This document shows, piece by piece, positions 1 to 13,605 of a stretch of 64,000 nt of DNA. Source of the DNA: Mobula hypostoma (lineage: Eukaryota); assembly GCF_963921235.1 (NCBI RefSeq), contig NC_086109.1, positions 22,384,001-22,448,000 of the forward strand. Reading direction: 5' to 3'. Both the position numbers and the translations under genes were made by a program. The notes beneath the pieces are model-generated. The model was not told where the DNA came from. It worked only from the letters and a program-made list of their open reading frames with translations, and did no database searches. The first letter of the stretch is position 1. Every line of letters begins with the position of its first letter.

Positions 1-19
1 ATCCTTCTGTCCCTCAATA

Positions 20-780
20 TTTGCTAAAACCCTACCATTTGTGGTGTATGTCCTTGTCTCATCAAAAATGCATCAGCTCACATTTAAACTGCTTCTGTCA
101 TTTTCTAGTCCATTTCACCCACGCATCAAGGCTATAACCACCTTCCACACCATCAATAACTGCAATCTTTGTGTTATTCTTTTTCTTACCTGTTTTGCCT
201 CCCACATCCACAAGCAAGTCATTCAAACATATTACAAGGAGCTAGAGTCCCAGTATATATCCTTTTGAGGTCCCAATAATCACAGCCATCCGACTGCAGA
301 AACAATTCTCTACCATCACCCTTTGCCTCCTATTGCCTAGCCAGTTTTGGGTCCAGTTCGCCAACATGGATCCCATGAGCCCCTAACTTGCTGAACTGGT
401 CTCCCATGCAGAACCTTGTCTTCGTAAAACACCTCTTTTGCCCTGCCCTCGTCAACGCGTGGTGAGTCAGAGAGGATCTGCCGATAACAAAGTCATATTG
501 GCTGCCTCTGATTAGTCCCTGACTTCCCAACTGATCATTAATTATATCCCTCAGATTTTTTTTTCCGTTAATATTTTTTTTATCAGTGGTGTTAGGCTAA
601 CAGGTCTAAAGTTACTAATTATTTCCCTGCTATCTTTCTTGAAAAATGAAACCACATTTGCTGTCCTCTAGTCAGCTGGTACCTCACCAATGCCCGGTGA
701 AGATTCCTTTCTCATACGAGAAATATTCCTAGAGGGATCGGCCTAGGATATCTTACCATCAATTATCTTTTTCCAAATGT
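20..780 (-). mobile_element. Degraded CR1 LINE RT fragment
   Basis: Translates to GLIRGSQYDFVIGRSSLT and WTQNWLGNRRQRV, similar to the CR1 ORF2 copies elsewhere in the window. Confidence 0.8.
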
Positions 781-867
781 CAATCATTCAACATATACAT
801 TCTTGTATGTGACTGTCTTCTCAGAGCCAACTAGGTGGTTAAAAAAAATCATCTCTTTACTTTATTG

Positions 868-937
868 CTGGGGTTCCCAACCTCTTTTAAGCCACAGAGC
901 CTCATCATTAACCGAGGGGTCCGGTTGGGAACCCCTG
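868..937. mobile_element. 70-bp hAT-type MITE
   Basis: 15-bp TIRs ctggggttcccaacc / ggttgggaacccctg (14/15). 8-bp TSD ctttattg / ccttattg (7/8). Confidence 0.75.
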
Positions 938-2049
938 CCTTATTGTCATGCTTTCTGGTACCTCAATATAGCAAAACTTTCAAAGGCAATAATATAAAAA
1001 ACTTTTTAAAACTATTTCTATGATTGACTGCTATCAGTTGCTTACAATAGTTCTGGTGATTAAATATTACAACAGCATAATACAACAGTTCCAGTAATTA
1101 AATATTAATTCAACAGCTAATGAATAATTGCCAATAATGTACCATTAAAATGGAAATTAACTTTTTTTTTATACCCAGGCTTTAAAGAATAATTATAAAA
1201 GCAAACTTTCCACAAGCTGCCTTTGATGTTGGTTTCTAAAAACAAATACATTGGGAATGGTCGGAGATGCTAAATGGTGAATACCTATAGTGATACTGTG
1301 CAGTAGGTTATAAAGACTTGTGTGGCGTTGATCAATGAAGCTGAAGTAAAGCAATACATCAGTTTGCTGGGTAGCTATATTGTTTCCATCCTCCACTATA
1401 TCCTGGTGAGATAGGAGTACTGAGTTGAGTAGTTGCGGGAGACACAGGCAGCTCGTGATTGCCTTGTATGAGGCTGTTGGAGAACATGAACTGAGACGAT
1501 CAAAGCAGCAGGTAATATCCGTGGCTCGGGCTCACAGACTCTTCTGTCTCAAAGGGCATCTAATTTTTCTTTCCTTATTGAATTTGGCTTGTTCACTGTC
1601 AGAATCAGAATTGAGTGTATTATCACGGACGTCCTTTATGTTGTGAATTTTGTTGTTTTATCACTTTGCTTTCATAGAGACACTCGGTCTCCCTCTCAAT
1701 GCCATAACTTAATTTCCCCACCACACACTCACCATCCAATCCTTTACCTCTCACTGCTCCTGTGTCTTAAGCTAACCTTTAATACTACACAGTTAAGTTT
1801 TCAATCTTTCTGCTCTGTCACTGATACTTTAAAGTTCACTCATACAATTACAGTAAAGCTTCTGGCAACATGGCTTAGCCCAATTTACATGTCAAATCGT
1901 GTTTTTCCTCATCCCTGTGGCAAGCTATTGCTCAGATTTCAGTCAACTTTGAGAGTCTTGTCCAAAGCAGAACAATTTTCCATATGTTCGCTTGATAAAG
2001 TTTTGATACTGAGCTGAGTGGCCACCCTTGGTGGGGGACAGGAAATTTG

Positions 2050-2310
2050 GGCACCACGGTAGCATGATACTCTTACAGTTCAGGGTGCTCCGGAGTTTGG
2101 AGTTCAATTCCAATGCTGTCTGCAAGGAGTTTGTACATTCTCTCCACGAACTGCATGTGTTCCCTCCGGGTGCTCCAATTTTCCCCCATATCCCAAAGAC
2201 GTACGGGTTAGTGGGTTAATTGGTCATTGTAAATTGTCCTGTGATTAGGCTAGTGTTAAATAGGTGGGTTGCTGGGCAATGTGACTCCTTAGGCCAGAAG
2301 GCCTGTTTGT
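2050..2310 (+). mobile_element. tRNA-derived V-SINE (HE1-like)
   Basis: B-box-like gagttcaattcc and V-domain-like core ccgggtgctcc...cccaaagacgtacgggttag. Many copies in the window. Confidence 0.75.
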
Positions 2311-2558
2311 TTGTTTCTCTCTCCGTCTCTCTCCCCCTCCCCCTCTCTCGCCCTGTCTCATTTTCCATAAATAAATAAAAGCCCAGAACAGGGAGCTGTC
2401 AGGATCAGAAGGTTGCAGGTCTGGTGGGGATGTGGTTTACAGAGTTTGGGAGGCTACGTTCCTGGAAGGATTTGAGCATGAAGACATTTTCTAAATTACA
2501 TTATTAGAGGTTATGAAGGCAGAATATTTTCCGTGAGACCATTTGAAAATATGAGTGT

Positions 2559-2645
2559 TTTATTATTGTTGGCAATAGTGTGATTAAAGCTATAATTAAA
2601 CCTCCATTAACTTTAAAAATCTGGAATTAATTGCAATGATTTATT
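2559..2645 (-). terminator. Candidate poly(A) signals for PTPN22 (AATAAA at 2645-2640 and 2564-2559)
   Basis: First canonical minus-strand hexamers I found downstream of the stop, about 1.5 kb away. The region is AT-rich and there is no transcript evidence. Confidence 0.3.
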
Positions 2646-4137
2646 TTTAATTGTTCAACTGTTTAATTAATTCCTAGAGAATAGCACAAAAACAAAGAAT
2701 TAGCATTAGTAATCGTGGCACTAGCTTCTACCTATTTCCTATGACTACAGTGGAATTCTCAGTCTGTTCCTATAATAAATTTATGTGCTTCTATAAGATG
2801 CAGCTGGTTCAAAGGGATGGGACCAGGGTGCTTATAAATTCCCCAAAGACATTTCATTTTAAACAAATTGTTCATTGGACAGAGGTTCCTCTGGTGTTTA
2901 GTACAAAGAAGCAAGATCATATTATGAGATTGAAAACAAAAATGAATAGCCTGTGAGCTCAAAGCTTGTCGACAACAACGCAGGGATCACTTAACTATGT
3001 GCGTTCAGTCTTATGTTATTTGTTTCTTCTTGAGCACCACATTTTGGCTCCATCTAGTGATTACCTAGCACACTGCTCTATTGCCACAGCAAGCAATAAA
3101 TAGATCATCATATCAAACCCAACAGGAATCGCGCAAATCAGGTGGATTAATTTGTTCATCTTGCATCCAATGATTTCTTCGTAAGGTTCCCGTTATCAGA
3201 GATGGCTTCCTTTCTGAAAGACAATCTTAGCCACTATATGCTTACATTCGAAGAAATGGATATATTTATCAGCATCTCGACACTCAGCACAATTCTCGAA
3301 CTGCTGTTAACACCTAATCTTTTTTCCATACTGCAAGAAATCTTCTCTGTGCCCCCCCCCGCCCCCACTGAGTCCTGCACTGGGTATGTTCTGTCCAGGC
3401 TGTTGAGTCCACTGCCACTCCTCTGTACCCAACTCCCGCCAACCCTCATCCCACAAGAAATCCTCAGCCTATACCATACACCATAGTCATAGGTTGCAAT
3501 TCCATGGTACTTAACTGGATCCCTGCAATTCACAAATGGCATTGAATGCATTCTACCCATACCCCTCAAACCATCCCATTGTTTCTTGTGGGAAATGAAA
3601 TAAAAAGACCAATTCCAGTGAAAATACAAATCCCAGCCATTCTTTACTGATATGATCGAGTTTACAACATGTTTGCAGCAGATTCATCCCCAACCACTGA
3701 AAATGTCTGTGTTGGGAAAATAATCAAAGCCAGATAGAAAGGAAGAAGACTCCAAATCTCTCACTCTCAATGTTCCACCTCAGACACACCAGTGTGCAGT
3801 TCATTATGTTCATAATTGATGGTAACCCTGTGGTTCTTCAAATATGAATCTGTGCTTCATCAAATAGACCGGAGTCAGAACCTTTTAGCAAAGTGTTATG
3901 GATTCATTCTTTCTGTTCAGTGGCCTGTTTATGAAGTAAATGATTTCGGAGAATTTGCTTTCAGATGTGCTTTGTTTGTAATGAGGGAGAACAGGAATTC
4001 TGCTTTTCACTTGCATGACGGAATTTCTCGTCCCATGGGAAACGGGGGTCCGGAGGAGCAAATTCAGAAGACAACCCCAGCCTTGCGCATCAATGCTTTT
4101 AACTTATGGCTGTGGGAAGAATTCACTGAGGGTAGTG

Positions 4138-4199
4138 TCAGACCCAGTCTGGAGAAGGATTTCTTGCTCCTTTTGGTTTCACAAAGCGATTCTTGAACC
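4138..4199 (-). CDS. PTPN22: PTPN22 last coding exon: GFKNRFVKPKGARNPSPDWV* (CTH motif)
   Basis: Acceptor tttttatttattgtag, TGA at 4140-4138. Matches the PEST-family C-terminal homology motif. Confidence 0.95.
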
Positions 4200-4339
4200 C
4201 TACAATAAATAAAAACATAGAGTGTTACTACAGAGAAATCGACGGATGTTTATGCTCCATTGGACCTTCAGTCCACACTCAAACGCTATAGAATCTCCTT
4301 CTAACTTTTCGCTCCTCTTGTGCTTACCTCATTCCATCT

Positions 4340-5380
4340 TACAGACAACGATATTATTCGGTTAATAATATCGATGAGTTAGTAAAATGGGAATAAAACC
4401 GGCAGTTAGAAATTAATCCTGAGTAATGTAATATTTAGAAGGACTAATTATGCTAGGACCTAGACATTGGTAGGACACTAAGAAGTGGTATGGTAGAGAG
4501 GGACCTTGGTGTAGAAGTTTAAGAACTGAAGACATCAATGTAGGCAGAAAAGGTTCTGAAGACAACGTACATGATACTTACCTTCATTAGTTAGTGCATA
4601 AAAGCGGGGAGATTATAGTTCAAAGGAGGGATTGAAAGTACATTTATCAAACTATGTATAGTATACAGTGTACAACCCTGAGATTCTTCTTCCCCACAGA
4701 CGGTCATGAAACAAAACCATGGAACCCGTACAAAGAAAAACATTAACCCTCTCCCACGCACAAATAATAAATCATGCAAATGGCAACAAAAAAGAATGAG
4801 TGAAACACAAATTATAAAACACAAAAAAGAGTCAATATTCAGTTCAGATCAGTGTTAATTATCTGCAGTGCTACTAAATAAGAAATTGGTTAGTCCACAA
4901 CTGAAAAAGTGTGCAATTCTGGTAACCACACTAAAGCCAGAATGTGATTGTATTGTGAAGGCTGCAGCAGAGAACATTGACCAGCATGTTGCCTAGGAAA
5001 GTACATTTCAGTTATGAGAGAATGGATAGGTGGAGAAAGCTGAAAGGTGGCCTGATTGAAGTATACCGGAATGGAGAGGGTAGATACTGAACAGAGAGCA
5101 TGGGTTTAAGGCAAGTTGCATGAGCTTTAGAGAATACTTGAGAAAAAACTTTTTTCCACCCAGAGGGTGATGGTACCTTGGAACATGTTACCTGAACTGA
5201 TGGTGGAGACAGTACTGTCACAAAACTGAAGTACAGTATGGTTGTGTTATTTTTATGTTCTATATAGATGAGCACATGACAACTATGGGCCTAGTGCTGG
5301 AATATGGTATTATTTTTAAGTACATGATGACTGGCACCAACATAGTGGATCAAAGGCTCTGTTTCCTTACTGTATTACTC
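4340..5380 (+). mobile_element. Old CR1 3' fragment, interrupted by a minus-strand Rex/Babar-type tail (~4620-4870)
   Basis: Degenerate similarity to the CR1 ORF2 C-terminus and 3' UTR seen in younger copies. Confidence 0.6.
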
Positions 5381-5600
5381 CTTAATGATGGGTTAAAGAA
5401 GAGGTGGATGAATAAATGATGGAGAATTTGGGGAATGCAAAGTTCTTAATTTGTTGCAAGGCAGAGAAAGGTTAGGGAGAAGCTAGATAAGCAGAAGGGT
5501 GAGCATTGCAAAATTCAAGCATTGTACTGCTGTGTCAGTGAGCAGAGAATTGATGGGTGAGAGATTAATTGTGTATAAGAATACAAATAGCTTTTAGTAT

Positions 5601-6049
5601 TGTAACATGAACAAAATCACTGGAGAGACACTGAAGCTAGTGGATATAGAAGTGTTTTATTCAACAAAAATGAACAGCAGGCATCATGTTGAGACACGCT
5701 TGGAGGAAGAGGCCATCCTGACCCAACATTTTTATGACATGGCATTCTTATATGCTGAAGATCAATGGTAACAGCAGGACAATCCTATAGCTAGAACGTA
5801 TCTACAATGCTTCCTTTCAATTACATATAGTTTTTACACACCTTCTTCACACCCACACTCCAGATACCCAAAATGAATTTTAATCAACATTGTCTGATTT
5901 GCAATTAACTCCTGTCTACAACTCCAGGAAAACTATTGTTCAGGGCTGCATTTTAAATTCAATCTATAATCCACATTCATATCTGAAGATTGGTTGCTGG
6001 TGAAATCAATATTTGCAAATATGTCCCAACTCCGGAATATGCCCTAACA
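5601..6049 (-). mobile_element. Possible solo LTR (449 bp)
   Basis: On minus: TGTTA...TTACA termini, TATAA-like box near 5750 and AATAAA about 55 nt before the end. TSD not confirmed. Confidence 0.4.
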
Positions 6050-6199
6050 GTGGGTAAGCAGTGTTGCCACCAGAAGCATAGCGACACCTGCAGGCTGCCC
6101 CAGCACATATTTGACTATCTTAGTTGTTGTCAGAAAAGACGCATTTTATTTATACTTCAATGTTTTGATGTACATATGGCAAACAAAGCTAAATTTAAA

Positions 6200-6734
6200 G
6201 ATGAAGCCACACTCAGGTTAGAGGAACAACACCTTATATTCCGTCTGGGTAGCCTCCAACCTGATGGCACGAACATTGACTTCTCTAATTTCCGCTAATG
6301 CCCCACCTCTCCCTCGTACCCCATCCGTTATTTATTTTTATACACACATTCTTTCTCTCACTCTCCTTTTTCTCCCTCTGTCCCTCTGACTATACCCCTT
6401 GCCCATCCTGTGGGTTTCCCCCCTCCCCCTTTTCCTTCTCCCTGGGCCTCCTGTCCCATGATCCTCTCGTATCCCTTTTGCCAATCAACTGTCCAGCTCT
6501 TGGCTCCATCCCTCCCCCTCCTGTCTTCTCCTATCATTTTGGATCTCCCCCTGCCCCTCCCACTTTCAAATCTCTTACTAGCTCTTCCTTCAGTTAGTGC
6601 TGACGAAGGGTCTCGGCCTGAAACGTCGACTGCACCTCTTCCTAGAGATGCTGCCTGGCCTGCTGCGTTCACCAGCAACTTTGATGTGTGTTGCTTGAAT
6701 TTCCAGCATCTGCAGAATTCCTGTTGTGTGCGTT
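6200..6734 (+). mobile_element. Penelope-like element 3' fragment (GIY-YIG C-terminus plus pseudo-LTR)
   Basis: DEATLRLEEQHLIFRLGSLQPDGTNIDFSNFR*, then a pyrimidine-rich UTR and a hammerhead motif. Flanked by tttaaa on both sides. Confidence 0.85.
6596..6631 (+). ncRNA. Minimal type I hammerhead ribozyme motif (PLE-associated)
   Basis: agtg-CTGACGA-agggtctcggcct-GAAACGTC-gact. One mismatch in stem I. Confidence 0.7.
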
Positions 6735-7390
6735 TTTAAACTTTTAATCTTTTTTGAACTCTATAACTTATGGATAGTGGAAGATGGGATATCAGTCAGG
6801 ACAACTTTGGAATAGCTGAGTCCAGAAGCAACAAAAGTAGGAGTGGATCTTTCAGCAGCTGATGAGTAATATGGGGGGGGGGGGGTGGAATTTTACTTCA
6901 CGTGCCTTTGTGTTGAACTGAAAATGTAGCTGAAAGGTTAGTCTAGGGTAAAATGGGATATTGAGATCGTGAATAGCAAGATTCAGTTTGAGACAGTGAT
7001 CAGGGAAAGGACTTGGTTGCTAGGGAATAGTATTTTGTAGCTCAGGCAGCATGAGTGGAGAGACAAACAGTTGACATTTCAGGTCGATAATCCTTTATTA
7101 GGATCGTTCTCATGAAAGGTCACTGACCTGCCATGTTGGCTCCGTTTCTTTCTCCACAGTTACAGCCTATTGAATACATTCAGCATTTTGTTGACTTTGC
7201 TTTTGAATGTATGTTTTTTGTGTTGTCAGGACAAAGACAATAGTTTCAGTCTCCCCAATGTTTAATTATGACCCATTCGGAACTGGTTGTGGGAGAGGCA
7301 GTCTAACAACAAATAGGCAGGGTGGAGATCAAAGGAAGCAATGGTAAAATCGAGGTTGTTGTCAGCACAAAATTGGAACTGGACACTACG

Positions 7391-9000
7391 TTTCAAAGTT
7401 CAAAGTAAATTTATTATCGAAGTACACATGCTACCATACACTACCCTGAAATTCATTTGCTTGTGGGCATTCACAGTAGATACAAAGAAACTCAATAGAA
7501 TCAATGAAAAAATACACGTGAAGATGGACAACCAGTGTGCAAAAGGTGACAAACTACAAATACAAAACTAAAAATAAAATAATAATAAATGATTAAGTAA
7601 TAAATAAGACTGAGAATATGAATTGTAGAGTCCTTGAAAGTGATCCCATAGGTTGTGGAATCAATTCAGTGATGGAGTGAGTGAAGTTATCCAGTCTTGT
7701 ACAGGAGTCTGTGTTTGAGGGGATACTAACTCTTCCTGAACCTGGTGGTGTGAGACCCAAGGCTCCTGTACCTCCTTCCTGATGACAGCATGAGAAGTGA
7801 GCATGACCTGGAGGGTGGGGATCCCTTGATGAAAGATGCTGCTTTCTTATGACAGTGCTTCTTATAGATGTACTCAGTGGTAGGAAGTGCTTTACCTGTA
7901 TCCACTACTTTTTGTAGGCTTTTCCATTCAAGAGCATTGGTGTTTTCATACCAAGCCATGATGCAACCAGTCAGTATACTCTCCACTGTGCATCTAGAGA
8001 AGTTTGTCAAAGTTTTAGATGCCATGTCTACTCTTCACAAACTTTGAAGAAAGTAGAGGCACCTGCCACACCTTTGTATTTGGCACTTAGATACCTGAAA
8101 CTGATAATGCTGAGGAATTTAAAGTTATTGACCCTTTCCACCTCTGAATCCCTGATGAAGACTGACTCATGGACCTTTGGTTTCCTCCTCCTGTGGTCAA
8201 TATTCAGCCCTATGGTTTTGCTGATGTTGAGTGAGTGTTTGTTGTTGTGCCACCATTCAGCCAGATTTTCAATCTTCCTCCTATATATATCACCAACTTT
8301 GATTCAGCCAACGATACTGGTGTCATCAGCTAACTTAAATATGGCATTGGAGCTGTACTTAGCCCCACAGTCGTAGTATAAAGTGAGCAGAGCAGGGAGC
8401 TAAGCACATAGCCTTGTGTACTTATGCTGATGGTGATTGTAGAAGAGATGTTGTTGCCAATCCAAACTGACTGAGTTCTGCAAGTGAGGGAATCAAGGAT
8501 TCGGTTGCACAAGGAGGTATTGAGGCTGAAGTTTTGGAAGTTATTGATTAGCTTTGAGGGGATAATAGTGTTGAAAGCAGAACAGCCTGATGTATGTATC
8601 TTCACTGTCCAGATGTTCCAGGGCTGAGTGAAGAGCCAATAAAATGGCATCAGCTGTTGACAGGGCCTGAAGACTGCACGGCCCTTTATAAACCATTATT
8701 AAAAGAAAATTGCAGCTGTGCAGCACCAAGGCTCTGTGTATGGGTGCAATTCAGTTACTCTGCAGCTGCGCAGCTTAGAGGCAGCAGTGTTTCTCAGGCA
8801 GGAGTTGATGTTTCATGACCAACCTCTCAAAGCACTTCATCAGTGCTTCTGGACAATAGACAAGTTACCACGTTCTTCTTGGGCACCAGTATGATTAAAG
8901 TCTGCTTGAAGCAGGTGGGTACTGATATCTTCAAGCAAGAGGTTAAAGATATCAGTAAACACTCCAGCCAGATAATCAGCGCAGGTCTTTAATACAGGTA
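7391..9000 (-). mobile_element. Rex1/Babar-clade LINE, 5'-truncated
   Basis: [22 protein letters not shown] and TNFSRCTVESILTGCIMAWY...SGRRYRSL. Tail (ACTTTGA)n at 7391-7406. Confidence 0.85.
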
Positions 9001-9739
9001 GGCCAGGTAAAGTGTCTTAAGCACCCACTGCAGGGAGGTTGTTCTAAAAGCAATCAGCATCAATTCCCACCTAACAATTTCTGCATGAGAGGTGAAGTTC
9101 AGTAATCAGAAAGAACAATTTGGGATAGAGATATAGAGATATAATTTGAATGACATCTCCAAAAGGGGAAGGAGCGGCAGAGAGAGAGGGACAGTTAGTA
9201 ATTTTGTTTTGATGGCCGTCATCTTGTCCGTTGATCAAATTATCTAGAGCATGTAGAATCTCTGTGTTTCACACAAGCAGGTGGCTAATATTAGTCACAC
9301 TTTTTGAAGGTTTGCTGGTGTCTACGATGAGGCGTGAGCCAGGCTTAAAGGTTGGTGTTGGAGAGGAGTTTGAAGGTGAGTAAAGCAAGTACAACAATGT
9401 AGCTTGGTTGTGAAGGTGGAGGATGCAGATCTTTGGAAATGGCTTTAGGTATATTTCCATGCCCCTGACAGTGATTGTCTGATAACCAAATTAATTAACA
9501 TGGTTGCTTAAATACCCACAACCCTCTGCATTTCAGAAAAAGCTCTATCAATTATCAGAACCAGGACAATGAATAACTTGGTATTGAATAATTTCTTTCT
9601 AGCTTAAATTCGCTGCCAAGCAAACTCTAACAAAGCACATATTTTGTTCCAAGGCAACTGAACTTCCTGCACAGAAAGAAGATTGGAATACATTCATACT
9701 TTTAAAATTAGTTCTTCAGAATGGGATGGAATCAATGAG

Positions 9740-10070
9740 CAACACAGCAAGGATACAGGAGCTTCAGTCTAATGGACCATGCCAACCACGATGCCCACTC
9801 AGTTAGTCCCGTATCCCTATAAGCCTCACCCTTCCATGTACCGATCCAAGTGCTTCTTAAATGACACTATTGTACCTACCTCAACCACCTCCTTTGGCAA
9901 CTCATTCCATAAACTCTGCATAAAAAAAATTGCTCCTTAGGTCTCCTTTAATTTTTCCCTTCCCACCCTAAACCTATGCCCCTGAGTTTTGGACTCCCTT
10001 CTCCTGGTGGAAATACTGTTATCATCCGCCTTATCTTTGCCTCTCACAATTTTAAATACTTCTCTAAGCC
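9740..10070 (-). mobile_element. CR1 3' fragment
   Basis: Similar to the 3' ends of the CR1 copies at 34467 and 42243. Confidence 0.65.
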
Positions 10071-10701
10071 TGCTGTCATTGATACTGGATAACATAGATG
10101 TTTTTGGTGACAAAGTTCAGCTTTTGAAAGAACAATTAATTATTCCAAGTCTCTGTGGACTGTGTATGGAAGAAGAACCCTATTGGTTAAAAGACAAGTT
10201 GAAGGTTTGTGAGAGTGCCGGATGTATTTATGCACATGTTTAGTTTGCTGTGATTATTTTCGGTGCAGATTGAGGGCCCAGCACTACTCTTGCCTTGGAC
10301 TCAGTATTGCTTTCTTTCCCCCACTGCACAGCATAACTGCATCGTGCACCGACCGCCTTCAGGACACACTACACTGACCGATCAAAGTTTCTTTGGCAGC
10401 AGATCAAAGATCTGCACAGCCAGCAGGTGCATATGATCCTGAACTTTGCTTCCAACTTCCTAGCCCAGGCTGGAAGTGTATCAGTGTTATCTCATTACCA
10501 CGTAGTCAAACACTGAAACTGTCTGACCAACAGCAACAGGAGAGAACCTTCACCATACAGGCTGCTTCCCACCAACTTTCAAAGGGCGAAGAGCTGGGAA
10601 CAAATGAGCAGACCCTGCACCTTGTAACGTGGTACAAATTAAAATAGTTTAAAAAGTTGTCATGGTGAACATTTTAACTATTGTCTTTTTGTTTAAACTT
10701 A

Positions 10702-10988
10702 GGACGTCACAGTTAGCACAATGCTTTACAGCGCCAGCAATCAGGGTTCATTTCCTGCCGCTACCTTCTCCCCATGGCTGCGTGCATTTTGTCCGGGGTG
10801 GTCCGATTTCCTTCCATATTCTAAAGTTATATGGGTTAGTGAGCTGTGGGCATACTACGTTGGTGCCGAAACTGTGGTAACGCTCACGGGCTGCCACCAG
10901 CACATCCTCAGACTGTGCTGGCCATCAAAACAAATGGTGCACTTCACTGTGTGTTCCAATGTACACTTGACAAATAAAGCTAATCTCT
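10702..10988 (+). mobile_element. V-SINE (HE1-like) copy
   Basis: tRNA-like head, V-like core and tail aataaagctaatct, shared with the 22030 and 31668 copies. Confidence 0.7.
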
Positions 10989-11125
10989 TAACTTCTAGGA
11001 CTGGTCAGCTCTTCAGCTTTGACTGTGTGTGTCAGAGTTGTTAGAAGCAATTGCCTTAATAAACAGATGTCCCAATTTTACGGACACGATGATGTATCAG
11101 GTTCTGCGTACAACAGGAAACTCAC

Positions 11126-11206
11126 CAAAGTTTAGAAAGGAGCGGCTCTGTTCTGAGCTTGGTTCAGCCACAGGAGTCCTGGACAATGCAGGGACGCTGC
11201 TTATCG
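11126..11206 (-). CDS. PTPN22: PTPN22 exon (~20): TISSVPALSRTPVAEPSSEQSRSFLNF
   Basis: Acceptor tctctctatgtgcctacag, donor TTG|gtgagt, phase 1-1. Ends in SFLNF. Confidence 0.92.
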
Positions 11207-12419
11207 CTGTAGGCACATAGAGAGACATATGCAATGATGCATTAACTATTGCCACCTATATGCATTCACTGGACTTCAATGCTGGCAACTTATGTTTAAA
11301 CTACAGAAAAAAAATACCATTTATGCTCAGGTAGGCAATAATCTTCACTCAATAAGCTAGTGATTGTTACTTTGAAGACTTCAATTTGGAAAGTGCTTTT
11401 CACAATATGTGATTGGCACCAATATTTTATAATAATTTTACTTTTCATTGTATTCACCAGTGTAATTGAAATATAGCAACATTTCAATGCAACGAAAGTT
11501 GTTACAAAGATTCAAAGTGCATTTATTATCAGAAAATGTATAAATTATACCACCTGAGATTTGTTTGCTTACAGGCAGTCGCAGAGCAAGGAAAGCAAGA
11601 AAGTCAAATGTCAATCAGATAATTAGTGGAGTCATAGAGAGAAACTGCACAGAATCAGGCACCTTGGCCCTTTGAGTCCGCACTGACATTTTTACACTGA
11701 TCCTGGTTTACTCTTGTCAGATTCCCAGATTCTAACACTCATTTCATACACTATGGGAAATTTTCAGTGGCCAATTAGTTTACCACTTCAAATGTGTGTA
11801 GGATGTGAGAGGACAATAAAACGCCCAGAGGAAACGCTTGTGTTTACAGAAAGAATATGCGATTCCACTGGAGGTTAGGATTGATCCTGGGGTTGCTGGA
11901 GCTGTTAGACATTGTGCCAGTCCTGCTCTGTTTTATCAATGTCAATTAGCCAGGATACTAGAAGAAATCCCCTGCTCTTTTACTGTTAATTGAGACGGGG
12001 GTGATCTCTGAGTATAACAACTCATCTCAGGAATGACTCCACTAGCTCCACCAAACTTACGTTTGAGTGTGGTGCTCTAATCCCATGACTTTCTGACTCA
12101 GGAATGAGATTGCCATCAATCCAAAGACTGAAACTAGGAACAGAAAGCATTTTCTATGGAAGGTACTGATCAGTTCATGTTTATTATATTACAGGATGAG
12201 GAAGGAATGTTGATCAGGGTACAGGTGACAGTTCTGTGTTACAACCAGCACCCTGGTATCTTTTTTTTTAAGATTATGAGGACACGCAGTCCTCTTTTAT
12301 TGTCATTTAGTAATGCTTATTATCTTCAATGCTTATTACAACAAGAAGGCAGGACCTCGATTTAATATTTCATATGCAAGGCAGCACTTATGGCAGAACA
12401 TTGCCTTTATCCCAGGGTT

Positions 12420-12780
12420 TGTTCGTTATGTGCTGTGTTGTACGACATAGGTGATCGTGGTCTTTCCATGATTGTCGGCAAGTTTTCTGCAGAAGTGGTT
12501 TGCCATTGCTGCCTTCTGGGCAGTGTCTTTACAAGGCAGGTGACCCCAGCCGTTATCAATACTCTTCAGAGATTGTCCACCTGGCATCAGTGGACTTGTG
12601 ACATGCTCGAGCTGCTCAAAGGAGCATCCACCACCTGCTATGTCTTCATGTGACCTTGATCAGGGGTTGGGGGGTGTGATGCAGGTTCTACACCTTGCCC
12701 AAGGGTGACCTGCAGGCTACAGGAGGGAAGGAATGCCTTACGCGGTCTTTGGTAGAGATGTATCTCCACCCTGTCACCCA
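12420..12780 (-). mobile_element. RTE-related non-autonomous SINE-like element
   Basis: Same family as the 40850, 51141 and 57182 copies. Carries a variant of the Bov-A/RTE-like gaaggcaatggcaaaccact motif. Confidence 0.7.
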
Positions 12781-13605
12781 CTTTCCCAAGGTAGGGGAGT
12801 CTAAAATTAGAGGACATGGTTTAAGGTGAGGGGAGAATAACTTAAAGGGGATCTGAGGGGCAACTTTTTCAATCAGATGATGGTGGATACATAGGACTCA
12901 GCTCTCGGAGGAAGTGGGTACAATTATAACAGTTTATAGACGGGTACTTGGATGGGAAAAGTTTAGAGGGATATGGATCAAATACAGGGATTAGCTTGAC
13001 ATGGTTTGGCATGGAAGAGTTGGGCTGAAAAGCCTGTTTCTGTGCTGTATAAATAACTTGATGATAATTCATTAGCTAATACATTTGGAGTGTCAGCCTA
13101 GTGGTACAGCAGAGTTTGAACCCATGCCTTTTGAAATTGAATGGAATGTCCTGAGAAAGGAGTCTGAACCACAACTGTTGATGAATATGGGACTACAGAT
13201 GCTCGCCTCTTTAGAGAATGTTTAAAATAAAAGCACAAAGTGCTGGAAATGCTAAATGGGCATTTCTGTGGGAAGACCGATGTTGGTCATGAATAGACCG
13301 TGCTGTTGCTGAACTTCTATGTAATGAATTGGAAGAGAGAACCTCTTCACAAATGTACTACACTTCTACAGTCCCATCAGTCCTTGCAATCTTCTTTCAA
13401 CTCTTTGGCAAGGATTTGAAAGCGGGGGAGAAACAGTAAACAGTGCGGAGTGGGACAAAATGATTACTGCCTTGAAAAAGGTGCTGTACCTACTGGATGG
13501 AGAAAGGCTGATGGAGTTCTTCCTGATTCGATGTGACCTTATTATTTGCATGTTATAACATCTATCTATAAATATTAATATTACTGCAGAAACAGATCTA
13601 CTCAC

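Noticed and set aside
2050..2130. SINE heads as genuine tRNA genes
   Set aside because: They have only degenerate A/B boxes, no full cloverleaf, and each is followed by a SINE core and tail.
3816..4212. Plus-strand ORFs over the last exon
   Set aside because: They are antisense shadows of the PTPN22 terminal exon and UTR with no motif support.
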